Numbered from the stretch's first letter, positions 37,668 through 45,931 are shown. The stretch is DNA of 64,000 nt from an uncultured Bacteroidota bacterium (GCA_902559905.1 CACEJV010000001.1:52495-116494); one strand, 5' to 3'. Translations and numbers: made by a program. Notes: a model not told the origin generated them from the sequence alone.

Positions 37668-38387
37668 TTATACTTTTGATAATTCACTCAAAAAAATTGC
37701 TACAGAGTTAGCTACATTTAAACTATCAGGTTTCAATTTTCCAGTTCTAAAATGTGGTATAGTTAACTCACAATTTAAATTTTTTAAAATGTCTTTTGAT
37801 ATACCGTGAGATTCACTACCAAATATATAAGTGGCGTTTTTAACCAATCTATACTTATAAATTGATTTGCCATTTAAGCTTGCCCCAAAAATTGGTTTTT
37901 TTAATGATTTTAAAGAATCCCCTAGATTATCTAAATAATGGCATCTAACTCTTACAATTGATCCCATAGAGGCTTGTATTACTTTTGGGTTATAACAATC
38001 AACAGTTTCATTACTACATAATATTTGAGATAGCCCAAACCAATCACATAATCGAATGATTGTTCCTAAATTACCTGGATCACTAATTCCATCTATTGCA
38101 ATTGTAGTTGACTCTGACATAATTCTTTTTGATTGAGGCAAATTAAAGACACCCAAAACTGGACTTGGAGTCTTAAAATGGGTTATTTGCTTCATCTGAC
38201 TTAATTTTATTGGTTTTGCGTCTGGATAAAGATTTTTTATAGTAGAAAATAGCATTTCATATTTCCAACCATTGCTTATTAATTCTTCAATTGTTTTTTC
38301 ACCTTCAGCTACAAAAAGTTTATTTAGGACTCGATACTTTTTTTTACTTAATTGAAATATTAGTTTGCGATCCTTAATTGATAACAT
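37668..38387 (-). CDS. TrmH/SpoU-family RNA 2'-O-methyltransferase
   Basis: SpoU motifs: DGISDPGNLGTIIRLCDWFG, IFGSESHGIS, SLNVANSVAIFL. Confidence 0.88.
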   Translation of the reverse strand: MLSIKDRKLIFQLSKKKYRVLNKLFVAEGEKTIEELISNGWKYEMLFSTIKNLYPDAKPIKLSQMKQITHFKTPSPVLGVFNLPQSKRIMSESTTIAIDGISDPGNLGTIIRLCDWFGLSQILCSNETVDCYNPKVIQASMGSIVRVRCHYLDNLGDSLKSLKKPIFGASLNGKSIYKYRLVKNATYIFGSESHGISKDILKNLNCELTIPHFRTGKLKPDSLNVANSVAIFLSELSKV

Positions 38388-38511
38388 ATTGCCTTAGTTG
38401 TATATATTCTAAACTTAATATAATTAATTATTAATAATTCAATAAATTAAAATAATCTATAAAAACTGATAATAATCATTTTAAAATTCTACATTTACAC
38501 AAATTAAATTA

Positions 38512-38712
38512 ATGAATCAAGGAACTGTAAAGTTCTTTAATGAAACAAAAGGATTTGGTTTTATTAAAGAGATTGATTCAGATGCCGAACATTTCGTTCA
38601 TATTTCTGGAGTAATTGACAGGATAAAAGAAGGAGACAAAGTAGAATTTGAATTAATAGAAGGTAAAAAGGGGCTAAATGCAGTTAATGTAAAAATTGCC
38701 TCTGAAGACTAA
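38512..38712 (+). CDS. cold-shock protein (CspA family)
   Basis: GTVKFFNETKGFGFI (RNP1) and HFVHISG (RNP2-like). Size is 66 aa. Confidence 0.95.
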   Translation: MNQGTVKFFNETKGFGFIKEIDSDAEHFVHISGVIDRIKEGDKVEFELIEGKKGLNAVNVKIASED

Positions 38713-38713
38713 A

Positions 38714-38746
38714 TAAAAAAACCCCCTAATAATTTAGGGGGTTTTT
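38714..38746. terminator. bidirectional intrinsic terminator
   Basis: CCCCCTAA-TAAT-TTAGGGGG is an 8-bp stem, with an A-tract before it and a T-tract after it. Confidence 0.8.
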
Positions 38747-38754
38747 CATTAAAA

Positions 38755-38877
38755 TTAGACAGCTTCAGCCAACTCAATTTCTCTGTTTTGAGTCTGAGCA
38801 TGGTTTTGAAGTTCTTTTTTTAATGCTAATGCGTGGCCTTGGTTTGGTTCCAAAGCTAACATAATCATATCATTCAT
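38755..38877 (-). CDS. candidate 40-aa ORF downstream of the G+C-rich element (unannotated)
   Basis: Reverse complement: MNDMIMLALEPNQGHALALKKELQNHAQTQNREIELAEAV. It ends just before the bidirectional terminator. Coding status is unproven. Confidence 0.25.
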   Translation of the reverse strand: MNDMIMLALEPNQGHALALKKELQNHAQTQNREIELAEAV

Positions 38878-38904
38878 AATCTTAAACTTTAAAGTTAAAC
38901 TTAT

Positions 38905-38995
38905 GTAACGATTCATTCGGGTGCGTTCTCTCCACCCGCGACTATATTATTGAACCCAGTCCACACGGGTTATCGATAAAGGAAATCGACAATTA
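38905..38995 (-). ncRNA. unassigned G+C-rich structured element (candidate cis-regulatory leader or small RNA); strand uncertain
   Basis: Three adjacent hairpins, described here on the minus strand. The first is TTGTCGAT-TTCCTTT-ATCGATAA (38970-38992). The second is AACCC-GTGTGGACT-GGGTT (38953-38971). The third is CGGGTG-GAGAGAACG-CACCCG (38918-38938). By my hand count of about 80 nt, roughly half the bases are G+C, well above the surrounding AT-rich DNA. Confidence 0.25.
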
Positions 38996-39014
38996 AATTT
39001 ACAAAAAAAATAGT

Positions 39015-39221
39015 TTAACTATCATTCATCTTTCTTAACTCTGAAAGCAAAAAATTTGACCTCTGCTTAAATGTCAAGGGAGTTCCAGGTTCATTTATTT
39101 TATCATAAAGTCTCCAATAATCATCAATACGATCAGAGCAAATATTTGAATGCAATAAATACTTTTCAAACTCTTTTCTTGTCATTAAATTATAAGTATT
39201 AATGTTATTCTTGTCTTGCAA
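39015..39221 (-). CDS. hypothetical 68-aa protein, translationally coupled to the LOG gene
   Basis: The ORF overlaps the 3' end of the upstream LOG gene by 17 nt. No recognisable family. Confidence 0.45.
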   Translation of the reverse strand: MQDKNNINTYNLMTRKEFEKYLLHSNICSDRIDDYWRLYDKINEPGTPLTFKQRSNFLLSELRKMNDS

Positions 39222-39783
39222 ACTTTAATGCATCATCTGTCCAATCTGGAATATCTTTTATAATATCTACAATGTTGTTAGTTGCATCAACAACATTCCA
39301 CATTTTTAAATGCCTTTTATCCATAAAATTTTGATCAACACATCTCTCCAACATTTGTAATAAAGGATTATAAAAGCCTTGGATATTAATAATGACTATT
39401 GGCTTTAAGAAGAGGCCTAACCTCTTTAATGTAATCGCTTCTATAAGTTCATCTAAGGTTCCACATCCACCTGGCAAAGCTATTACTGCATCAATATTCT
39501 CTAAAAACTTAGATTTTCTCTCATGCATTGTATCGACAAGTTCTAATTTTTCTAGTCTTTTATGAGTCCATTCAATATCTTTCATAAACTTTGGACTAAT
39601 GCCTGTAATTTTTCCACCATTATCTAAAATTACATCAGCAAGATGACCCATTAGTCCTCCGCCTCCCCCTCCATAAACAACTTCAACATTTTCCTTTAAA
39701 AACTCTTTAGCTAGATCTTTAGTGCAGTCAAAATATTTTTTTTCAATTTTTGAACTTGAAGAACAATAAACACAAATTTTCAT
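39205..39783 (-). CDS. LOG-family protein (TIGR00730; nucleotide 5'-monophosphate nucleosidase/phosphoribohydrolase)
   Basis: GGGGGGLMG and PGGCGTLDELIEAIT (PGGxGTxxE) motifs. Size is 192 aa. Confidence 0.9.
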   Translation of the reverse strand: MKICVYCSSSSKIEKKYFDCTKDLAKEFLKENVEVVYGGGGGGLMGHLADVILDNGGKITGISPKFMKDIEWTHKRLEKLELVDTMHERKSKFLENIDAVIALPGGCGTLDELIEAITLKRLGLFLKPIVIINIQGFYNPLLQMLERCVDQNFMDKRHLKMWNVVDATNNIVDIIKDIPDWTDDALKFARQE

Positions 39784-39845
39784 CTCATCTAAATTATAAA
39801 AACTTAGTTAATAATATCGGATATTCATTGTTGAATAAAATAATT

Positions 39846-39853
39846 TACCTTTG
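39846..39853 (+). promoter_or_regulatory. candidate -7 promoter box (TACCTTTG)
   Basis: Lies 20 nt upstream of the ATG at 39873. Confidence 0.4.
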
Positions 39854-39872
39854 AATTCTAAAACAATTAATC

Positions 39873-40787
39873 ATGAAAAAAATTTTAATATTATTTACTA
39901 TTTTAACCACAAGTGTTGTGCTTTCTCAAAAAGAAGCTAATGGGAAGATCTATATTGAACATCCTGCAATTGAAATTGTTGATCAATTTACAAAGGCATA
40001 TGTAGCTGGAGATCTTGAAAAAATAAAAGAACTTGTGACAGATGACGTACAAGTAATTACCTTGAGAGACAGAACTCCAAGAAAGTTGAATTGGATTCTT
40101 GGAACATCAAATTACTTAAGTAAAAACTTTGTAAATTTTAACATTAAACATTATGGTGGGTCGTACCCTGATGTATTAGAATATAAACAAGATAATGTTG
40201 TTGATGTTAAAACCTATGAGAGATTAACTGGATATGATAAGAATACAGGTTTAAGTCTTGATATGCCAAGATATTCAACATTTAGAATGAATGGTGATAA
40301 AATTGCAGGCATATGGATTAATGATGACCAGGTATTATGGCAAAAAAATTCTGAAGCTTATGGTACATCAAAAAATGGTGTAATCTATAAAGACCATCCT
40401 TTAGTTACAAAAGTCAGGCTACTTTATCAGGATTATCTTACTATGGATGTAGAAAAAATCAAATCCAACTATACAGAAAACACGTTATTTTATAATGTAA
40501 TGAACTCAGGAATAGACGAATTTAAGACTTTAGATGAAGAATTTTCTCAGTTTGATCAATATATGGAGATGTTTGAACTTGTTGGTTTAAGAGAAAGCGG
40601 ATTTCCAGATTTACTAGACTATGATGGTGAGGGTGCAGTAGTTATTTCATGGATTGAAATGACATTTAAAAATAGAAAATCAGGTAATACTGCAACTATT
40701 TTACAACATATTCAACATTGGTTTAATGATGAGGGCGAAATAGTAAGAGAAGACTACTACTTTAATCCTGCTCAACTACCTCAATAA
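39873..40787 (+). CDS. secreted protein with two SnoaL/NTF2-like domains, function unknown
   Basis: Signal peptide and two repeats of an NTF2-like pattern (VDQFTKAYVAGDLEKIKELVTDD ... and LLYQDYLTMDVEKIKSNYTEN ...). Confidence 0.5.
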   Translation: MKKILILFTILTTSVVLSQKEANGKIYIEHPAIEIVDQFTKAYVAGDLEKIKELVTDDVQVITLRDRTPRKLNWILGTSNYLSKNFVNFNIKHYGGSYPDVLEYKQDNVVDVKTYERLTGYDKNTGLSLDMPRYSTFRMNGDKIAGIWINDDQVLWQKNSEAYGTSKNGVIYKDHPLVTKVRLLYQDYLTMDVEKIKSNYTENTLFYNVMNSGIDEFKTLDEEFSQFDQYMEMFELVGLRESGFPDLLDYDGEGAVVISWIEMTFKNRKSGNTATILQHIQHWFNDEGEIVREDYYFNPAQLPQ

Positions 40788-40801
40788 ATATGAATTATTA
40801 A

Positions 40802-40828
40802 CCCCCCTCATTTAAGATGGGGGTTTTT
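40802..40828. terminator. intrinsic terminator (bidirectional position)
   Basis: A C-run pairs with a G-run (CCCCCCTCA ... GATGGGGG), followed by TTTTT. Confidence 0.5.
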
Positions 40829-41237
40829 ATTTTTTAAGAGCAGATAATTCTCTTATTCTCGATTTATTAAGTATACTGTCTTTTAATTCTCTCTTTCTTT
40901 CAAACTCATTGTCTGTAACATTGATTTTCATTCTCTCTCTATTTACAGTATAAATCTCATAATTAAACATTGCAAGATTAAGAAATTCAAGAGCTTTGAT
41001 TTCATTATCTACACCACCTAAATTTTCGTCAAGGGCAATTGCTCTAGAATAAACTGAAATAATTTCATCTGCAATAATACCATAAGCTTCAACTGATGCG
41101 TCGTTAAGAGTAGAGGAATTCAACTGTTTGGTTTCATATGAAGGTTCACCTAAGTCAGAATAATTGTAACTATCTAAATAATAAATTTCATTACCGCATC
41201 CAATCATTAATAGCGATATAAAAAAAATCTTTCTCAT
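40827..41237 (-). CDS. hypothetical lipoprotein
   Basis: The likely start is MRKIFFISLLMIGCGNE (lipobox). The ORF-track start at 41264 adds 9 aa. Confidence 0.5.
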   Translation of the reverse strand: MRKIFFISLLMIGCGNEIYYLDSYNYSDLGEPSYETKQLNSSTLNDASVEAYGIIADEIISVYSRAIALDENLGGVDNEIKALEFLNLAMFNYEIYTVNRERMKINVTDNEFERKRELKDSILNKSRIRELSALKK

Positions 41238-41300
41238 ATTTAAATTTAAAAAAAACTCTAACAATTATTATTGTAAATTAGGAAAATACTTTAATGATAA

Positions 41301-41795
41301 GTGATTTTACCAGTAAGCTATACAATCAACCTTGAGTTTGACAAGACTAAAGTCTGGTCTATTCTTTCAAAAAGAGAACATCTAAATCTTTTCCATCCTT
41401 TTTGCAAAAAAAATATTGCCTATTCATGGAATAAAAAATCAAGAGAGGACTCTTTGGAGTATCTCAATGGAGTTAAACTGCATAGAAATTTTTTTGAATG
41501 GAATGAAGGTTCTGGCTTTAAATTAATTATTGGTAGAAAAGATGGTAAAAAATCCAAAGTAATTTGGGAAGTAAAAGGAGATAAAAATACTAAGGTTAAA
41601 ATAACTGTTTACCCTCATATTCTTAGTGGAGTAAACAAACTATTTTACCTATTTGCATATATATTTGTTATTAGACCAGGTCTAAAAAAATATTTAAAAT
41701 CTGTTTTACTTGGGCTAGAGTGGTATCTTAAAAATCAAAGGCCAATTACTAACAACCAGTTTGGTTCTCACAAATGGTTTTCTCTAGTTGACTAA
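41301..41795 (+). CDS. hypothetical protein, SRPBCC/START-like fold suspected
   Basis: GTG start, 164 aa. The N-terminal two thirds resemble polyketide-cyclase/SRPBCC proteins (weak), and the C-terminus is hydrophobic. Its 3' end overlaps the convergent gene by 47 nt. Confidence 0.45.
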   Translation: MILPVSYTINLEFDKTKVWSILSKREHLNLFHPFCKKNIAYSWNKKSREDSLEYLNGVKLHRNFFEWNEGSGFKLIIGRKDGKKSKVIWEVKGDKNTKVKITVYPHILSGVNKLFYLFAYIFVIRPGLKKYLKSVLLGLEWYLKNQRPITNNQFGSHKWFSLVD

Positions 41796-42315
41796 TTGGA
41801 TTATCATGATTCATCTTACTATGATCCATCATATTGTGATCCATGTGTTTTTTGCCAATGTTAAATATTGGAGTCATTATACCTATAGTTTTCATCATTT
41901 CTGATTGATTGTAGAAAACTTTAAGATTTTTATTTTTGAAAAGCTTATACTCAACACCAAAATATGGTTCAGTTCCATCCATGTCCATATCCATATCCAT
42001 ATTCATACCCATATTCATATTCATTGACATGTCAGATTCACTTTGCATTTTCATGTCCATTAAACCAGCTGCAATGTTAAATCTTCCTAGATTGTATTTT
42101 ATGTTGTACATTATTTCATAGTCACCATCTGTTTCAAATGGTGTTATCATCAAACCAGCACCCAATGTTACTTTTGGGAGAACCATATAGTTGATACCTA
42201 CTCCTAACTTAGCGATATCATTTTCCACATCCATAGCTCCTGAGGCACCAATATGAAATTGAGAATAAACAGCTGAGGAAAATAGTATTGATAATGTAAT
42301 AATTAGATTTCTCAT
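41749..42315 (-). CDS. small beta-barrel outer-membrane protein with Met/Asp-repeat loop and Met/His C-terminal tail (putative copper-binding)
   Basis: Signal peptide SSAVYSQ, with alternating beta-strand pattern and aromatic strand ends. The insert is MKMQSESDMSMNMNMGMNMDMDMDMDG (41977-42060). The tail is HMDHNMMDHSKMNHD (41803-41847). Confidence 0.7.
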   Translation of the reverse strand: MRNLIITLSILFSSAVYSQFHIGASGAMDVENDIAKLGVGINYMVLPKVTLGAGLMITPFETDGDYEIMYNIKYNLGRFNIAAGLMDMKMQSESDMSMNMNMGMNMDMDMDMDGTEPYFGVEYKLFKNKNLKVFYNQSEMMKTIGIMTPIFNIGKKHMDHNMMDHSKMNHDNPISQLEKTICENQTGC

Positions 42316-42320
42316 AAATT

Positions 42321-42494
42321 TTATTTTGGTAAAGAACCATGACGGTCATAATAGTCTTTATCGTAGTTTATTTTTTCTTTATTAGATAAAATTAGTGAAA
42401 TTAGTACAAGGATAGTTACTAAAACTCCAAAAATGAATATTGATGCAGTTAAGTCTCCTAAAAGTAAGTCTCGAATTTGACCGTATCTGTTCAT
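42321..42494 (-). CDS. candidate 57-aa single-pass membrane protein (unannotated, just below the cutoff)
   Basis: Reverse complement: MNRYGQIRDLLLGDLTASIFIFGVLVTILVLISLILSNKEKINYDKDYYDRHGSLPK. It ends 5 nt before the start of the Met-rich OMP gene. A -7 box lies 4 nt upstream. Confidence 0.4.
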   Translation of the reverse strand: MNRYGQIRDLLLGDLTASIFIFGVLVTILVLISLILSNKEKINYDKDYYDRHGSLPK

Positions 42495-42498
42495 AGAA

Positions 42499-42506
42499 CA
42501 AACTTA
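42499..42506 (-). promoter_or_regulatory. candidate -7 promoter box (TAAGTTTG on the minus strand)
   Basis: Plus strand CAAACTTA immediately upstream of the 57-aa ORF start. Confidence 0.35.
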
Positions 42507-42710
42507 TTCATATAGACAAAAATAAATACTTAATGAGATATAATTAACAAAAATTTTGGATTTTATTATTAAACTAAAATCTACATTTGTATTGTGTTTA
42601 AGTATAAAAAAATTCCTAAACAGTACTATCCAGAAATCCTATTTATGGTATTTCTAATAGTTATGTTTGCTAAGGTATATTTCATGGTTCAATTAGCTAA
42701 TGCTTAAGCC

Positions 42711-44351
42711 CTAATTATCAATTCTAGGTACTATTCCATTTAAAATTGAAGAATCGTTGTTGAGCTCCCAGTGAAATAATGTCATTGGTATATTACCTAT
42801 GTCTATTAGTTTTTTAAAAAAATTTTTAAGATTAGAATTTGGATCTTTTTCATTTATTCTTGAATATTCTGCTAGAGCATTTTCAAATAGATATTTACCA
42901 GTAATATAACTAGTTCCATATCCTGGTTGTCTAAGATATAAATGTTGCTCAAATATTAGTAATTCTTTTTCAGTTTTCATCCAACCTCTAGGAGTATATT
43001 CTGAATGAATCTTTCCAGCCTCTTCCATTGTCATAAGATTTGCATGTGCATACAATGAACCAAGTCCTCTAGCTGCTCTTTGTGCAATTAAAATGTACAC
43101 AATTTCCTTGGACCTTGGATTAGACTCATATAATCCGGCTTGCATAAACATCTCTTCAACAGATGTAGCAACTCCTTCATTTCGACTATCAAAAATGTTA
43201 TACAATACCGCATCTTTTCTTATTATATTTCCATGAGGGTTTAAATCCATTTCAGCTAATTCAAACCAATGAAAAAAATGTGAATAAAGTGGTTTTGGGT
43301 CTAAATGTGCAGTTATCCAAAAAAAGTTTCTTGTATCCTCCGGAATAAACTTACCCAATCTTTCATCAAGAGCATCTTTATAATAATCTTTAACATTTAT
43401 TACTTGTTGTTTATCAAGAAATTCTATTAGATCTTTTGATGCATGCTGAGCTTTCTTTAGATATTCTTCCTGATTTGATACTGAAGTAAGTTTAGGTAAA
43501 TTTCTGTTTTTATGTTCTTCTAACTTAAGAGAAGACCATGCTCTTGCAAGCTCTCTTTTTAATAACATAACCTCATCATCCCATGAAAGAGGAACAAGAT
43601 GAACATTCTTTTGGTACCATGTATAATTATCTTTTCCAATACCTGATGGACCTGTTTTATTTTTTGATTCATCCTTTAACCACATAGATAAGCTTTTAGT
43701 TGACCTTATACTCTCATCAATAATTTGAATAAGATCTTTTTGCTTTTTCACACCAGGAAAGTTCTTTAATAATTCAAGATTTGAGACTTGAGTCTCTATA
43801 TCTCTAATTCCTGCAATCCATAAATCCCTAGCATTCCCTATTAAATTATTTTTGGCTTGTTCATTGAACGCTGGTATTATACTAAGCTCATTAGTTAGCT
43901 TTTTTAATTGTTGCTTTGGCAGTGGAAAATCATATTGCCATACCTCTACAACCATATGATGTGTTGGTCCCTCATGAGCTGGGACATCACTTCTGTTCAT
44001 CCATAAGGATTTATAAAAAGCAGGATCTCTTTCCCAGGGCTTAAGTATATTATAGTTAAATTCAAAACCATTCATTTCAGCCCATATTAAGGTCCAATCT
44101 ACTTGACTTTTAACATCAAGTTGTTCTCTATCAATTTGATTAAGTCTATTTCTAAGATTGTTAAATTCTTCAATTCTTATATCAAAAGTATTTAATCTAT
44201 AATCAGGTGCACCATTAAATAATGGTGGTTTTTCAAATTCACGCCAATCTATAAACAGATTCTCTAGAGATTCTCTCATGTCCACTTGAGAGTATGCAGA
44301 AATCAAAAAGAACAAATTGAAAAGCGTAAAAAATAATATCTTCTTTCTCAC
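42711..44351 (-). CDS. secreted DUF885-like protein (divergent)
   Basis: Signal peptide. The C-terminal blocks EGVATSVEEMFMQ, RAARGLGSLYAHANLMTMEEA and LRQPGYGTSYITG resemble the DUF885 pattern EGWA.Y.E / R..R...D...H / PGQA.sY..G. I do not see the usual HE..PGH block. Confidence 0.55.
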   Translation of the reverse strand: MRKKILFFTLFNLFFLISAYSQVDMRESLENLFIDWREFEKPPLFNGAPDYRLNTFDIRIEEFNNLRNRLNQIDREQLDVKSQVDWTLIWAEMNGFEFNYNILKPWERDPAFYKSLWMNRSDVPAHEGPTHHMVVEVWQYDFPLPKQQLKKLTNELSIIPAFNEQAKNNLIGNARDLWIAGIRDIETQVSNLELLKNFPGVKKQKDLIQIIDESIRSTKSLSMWLKDESKNKTGPSGIGKDNYTWYQKNVHLVPLSWDDEVMLLKRELARAWSSLKLEEHKNRNLPKLTSVSNQEEYLKKAQHASKDLIEFLDKQQVINVKDYYKDALDERLGKFIPEDTRNFFWITAHLDPKPLYSHFFHWFELAEMDLNPHGNIIRKDAVLYNIFDSRNEGVATSVEEMFMQAGLYESNPRSKEIVYILIAQRAARGLGSLYAHANLMTMEEAGKIHSEYTPRGWMKTEKELLIFEQHLYLRQPGYGTSYITGKYLFENALAEYSRINEKDPNSNLKNFFKKLIDIGNIPMTLFHWELNNDSSILNGIVPRIDN

Positions 44352-44797
44352 ATTCTTTGATTTACTTCAATCCAATTACCTTCAGGGTCGGTTAAATAAA
44401 TTTGAAGTGCGTTGTCATGAGGTCTAATATTATATTGAAGTTTTTTACCATCCCAACTTTCAAAGTAAATTTCATTATCTTTTAAATATTCCATGAAAAT
44501 TTCAAGGTTATTTACAGTAACTGCTAAATGATTTGCTTTGATTTTCTCATGATTTGCTTCTTTGTTTTCACCTAGATGAATTTCAAAGCCATCTCCAATA
44601 TCAAACCATCTCAATGAAGGGTTATCTAATTCAATTTCTTTAAACTTAAATATATTTTTAAAAAAGTTTCCTACTTTATTTAAATCTTTAACCTCATATG
44701 CAACGTGATCAGTTTTACTAATTATAAATTCCTGCGAATAAAGAGTATTTATTTGAAAAAATAATAATATTAAAGCAAGCCTATGAGTCAAATTCAT
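44348..44797 (-). CDS. VOC-family (glyoxalase/bleomycin-resistance fold) protein with signal peptide
   Basis: DHVAYEVKDL ... HLAVTV ... YLTDPEGNWIEV, typical of VOC beta-alpha-beta-beta-beta modules. Confidence 0.72.
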   Translation of the reverse strand: MNLTHRLALILLFFQINTLYSQEFIISKTDHVAYEVKDLNKVGNFFKNIFKFKEIELDNPSLRWFDIGDGFEIHLGENKEANHEKIKANHLAVTVNNLEIFMEYLKDNEIYFESWDGKKLQYNIRPHDNALQIYLTDPEGNWIEVNQRM

Positions 44798-44842
44798 ATT
44801 TACAAGTTAATCAAAAAGTTTAAAATTGATTAAATTAGATTG

Positions 44843-45634
44843 ATGTTACACTTGTTAAGGAGTTTTAAAGTATTTCTAATTTTTCTAATATTTATATCCT
44901 GTGAACCTATTGATGATTCCAATAAATGGGTTAGTTTATTTGATGGAAAAAGTCTAGATGGCTGGGAAATGAAAATTTCTGGTTATGAATTAAATAATAA
45001 TCATAGAAATACTTTTAGAGTTGGTGATGGCACTATCAAAGTGACATATGAAGATTATGATTTATTTGATGAAAATTTTGGGCATATTTTTTATACTAAT
45101 AAGAAATTTAAAAATTACCATTTGAAACTTGATTATAGATTTTATGGTGAACATGTTAATTTATTTACAAACGAGAATGATGCATGGAATTATAAAAACA
45201 GCGGAGTAATGCTACATTCTGAACATCCAAATCAAATGTTTTTAGATCAAGGATTTCCTGTAAGTATAGAAGGGCAATTTCTTGGAGGCTCTGGTGTAAA
45301 TGATAGACCAACACTTAATATGTGTTCACCTGGAACTGAGGTTGACATAAATGGAACTCAAGCTATGCAGCACTGTGTTAACTCATCCTCAAAAACAATT
45401 CATACTGAAGAATGGGTGAGTGTTGAGTTTCTTGTTTTTTCTGATTCAATTGTTCACCATATAGTTGATAAAGACACAGTAATGACATATTCTAATATTC
45501 GTTTCGGAGGAACATACTTGTCTAAAAACTTCACTGATAAAGTTGGCGAGCCTTTGAAAGAAGGCTATATATCCCTTCAATCTGAAGGTCATCCTATTGA
45601 ATTTAAAAATATCAGAGTTAAAGAACTTGATTAA
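44843..45634 (+). CDS. DUF1080 (3-keto-disaccharide hydrolase family) protein
   Basis: WVSLFDGKSLDGWEM at the N-terminus and GYISLQSEGHPIEFKNIRVKEL at the C-terminus are the family hallmarks. Confidence 0.8.
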   Translation: MLHLLRSFKVFLIFLIFISCEPIDDSNKWVSLFDGKSLDGWEMKISGYELNNNHRNTFRVGDGTIKVTYEDYDLFDENFGHIFYTNKKFKNYHLKLDYRFYGEHVNLFTNENDAWNYKNSGVMLHSEHPNQMFLDQGFPVSIEGQFLGGSGVNDRPTLNMCSPGTEVDINGTQAMQHCVNSSSKTIHTEEWVSVEFLVFSDSIVHHIVDKDTVMTYSNIRFGGTYLSKNFTDKVGEPLKEGYISLQSEGHPIEFKNIRVKELD

Positions 45635-45636
45635 TA

Positions 45637-45918
45637 CTATAATATCTTACCCCAATCTCCTCCGGTATATATTTCAATTATAGACCAAGCCGAGAACAAA
45701 CTAGTTATTATTATAAAAATTAGAGTGTAAAAAATCCAAAATAATTTTTTTTTAATTAAATAAAATAAAGACCCAACTATAAAAGAAGGTACATTAAGAA
45801 TTAAAACAAGCATTAAAGGATCAATTAAAATAAATGTCTCAAAGTCAAAGTTGTGGATCAAAAAGAAAACTAATCCTAATATATAGCTTAAAATAATATA
45901 TGACTTTAACTTACTCAT
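45637..45918 (-). CDS. hypothetical membrane protein (3 TM)
   Basis: 93 aa and strongly hydrophobic. Confidence 0.45.
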   Translation of the reverse strand: MSKLKSYIILSYILGLVFFLIHNFDFETFILIDPLMLVLILNVPSFIVGSLFYLIKKKLFWIFYTLIFIIITSLFSAWSIIEIYTGGDWGKIL

Positions 45919-45931
45919 TAGATAAATAATT

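Noticed and set aside
38905-38995. Attempted to identify the G+C-rich element as a known RNA. I considered several riboswitch classes, hammerhead, SRP RNA, RNase P, tmRNA and a tRNA fragment.
   Set aside because: None of the signature sequences I know for these families is present. It is therefore reported as unassigned, not named.
39015-39783. LOG gene plus a small overlapping ORF as a toxin-antitoxin or anti-phage signalling module
   Set aside because: The LOG protein looks like the ordinary stand-alone TIGR00730 type. There are no sensor, effector, cyclase or nuclease partners nearby.
42594-42707. GTG-initiated 37-codon plus-strand ORF (VFKYKKIPKQYYPEILFMVFLIVMFAKVYFMVQLANA) right after a TACATTTG box at 42582-42589
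   Set aside because: The promoter box and the TM-like peptide are suggestive. However, the start is non-ATG, the ORF is very short, and I cannot show conservation. I left it as an observation only.
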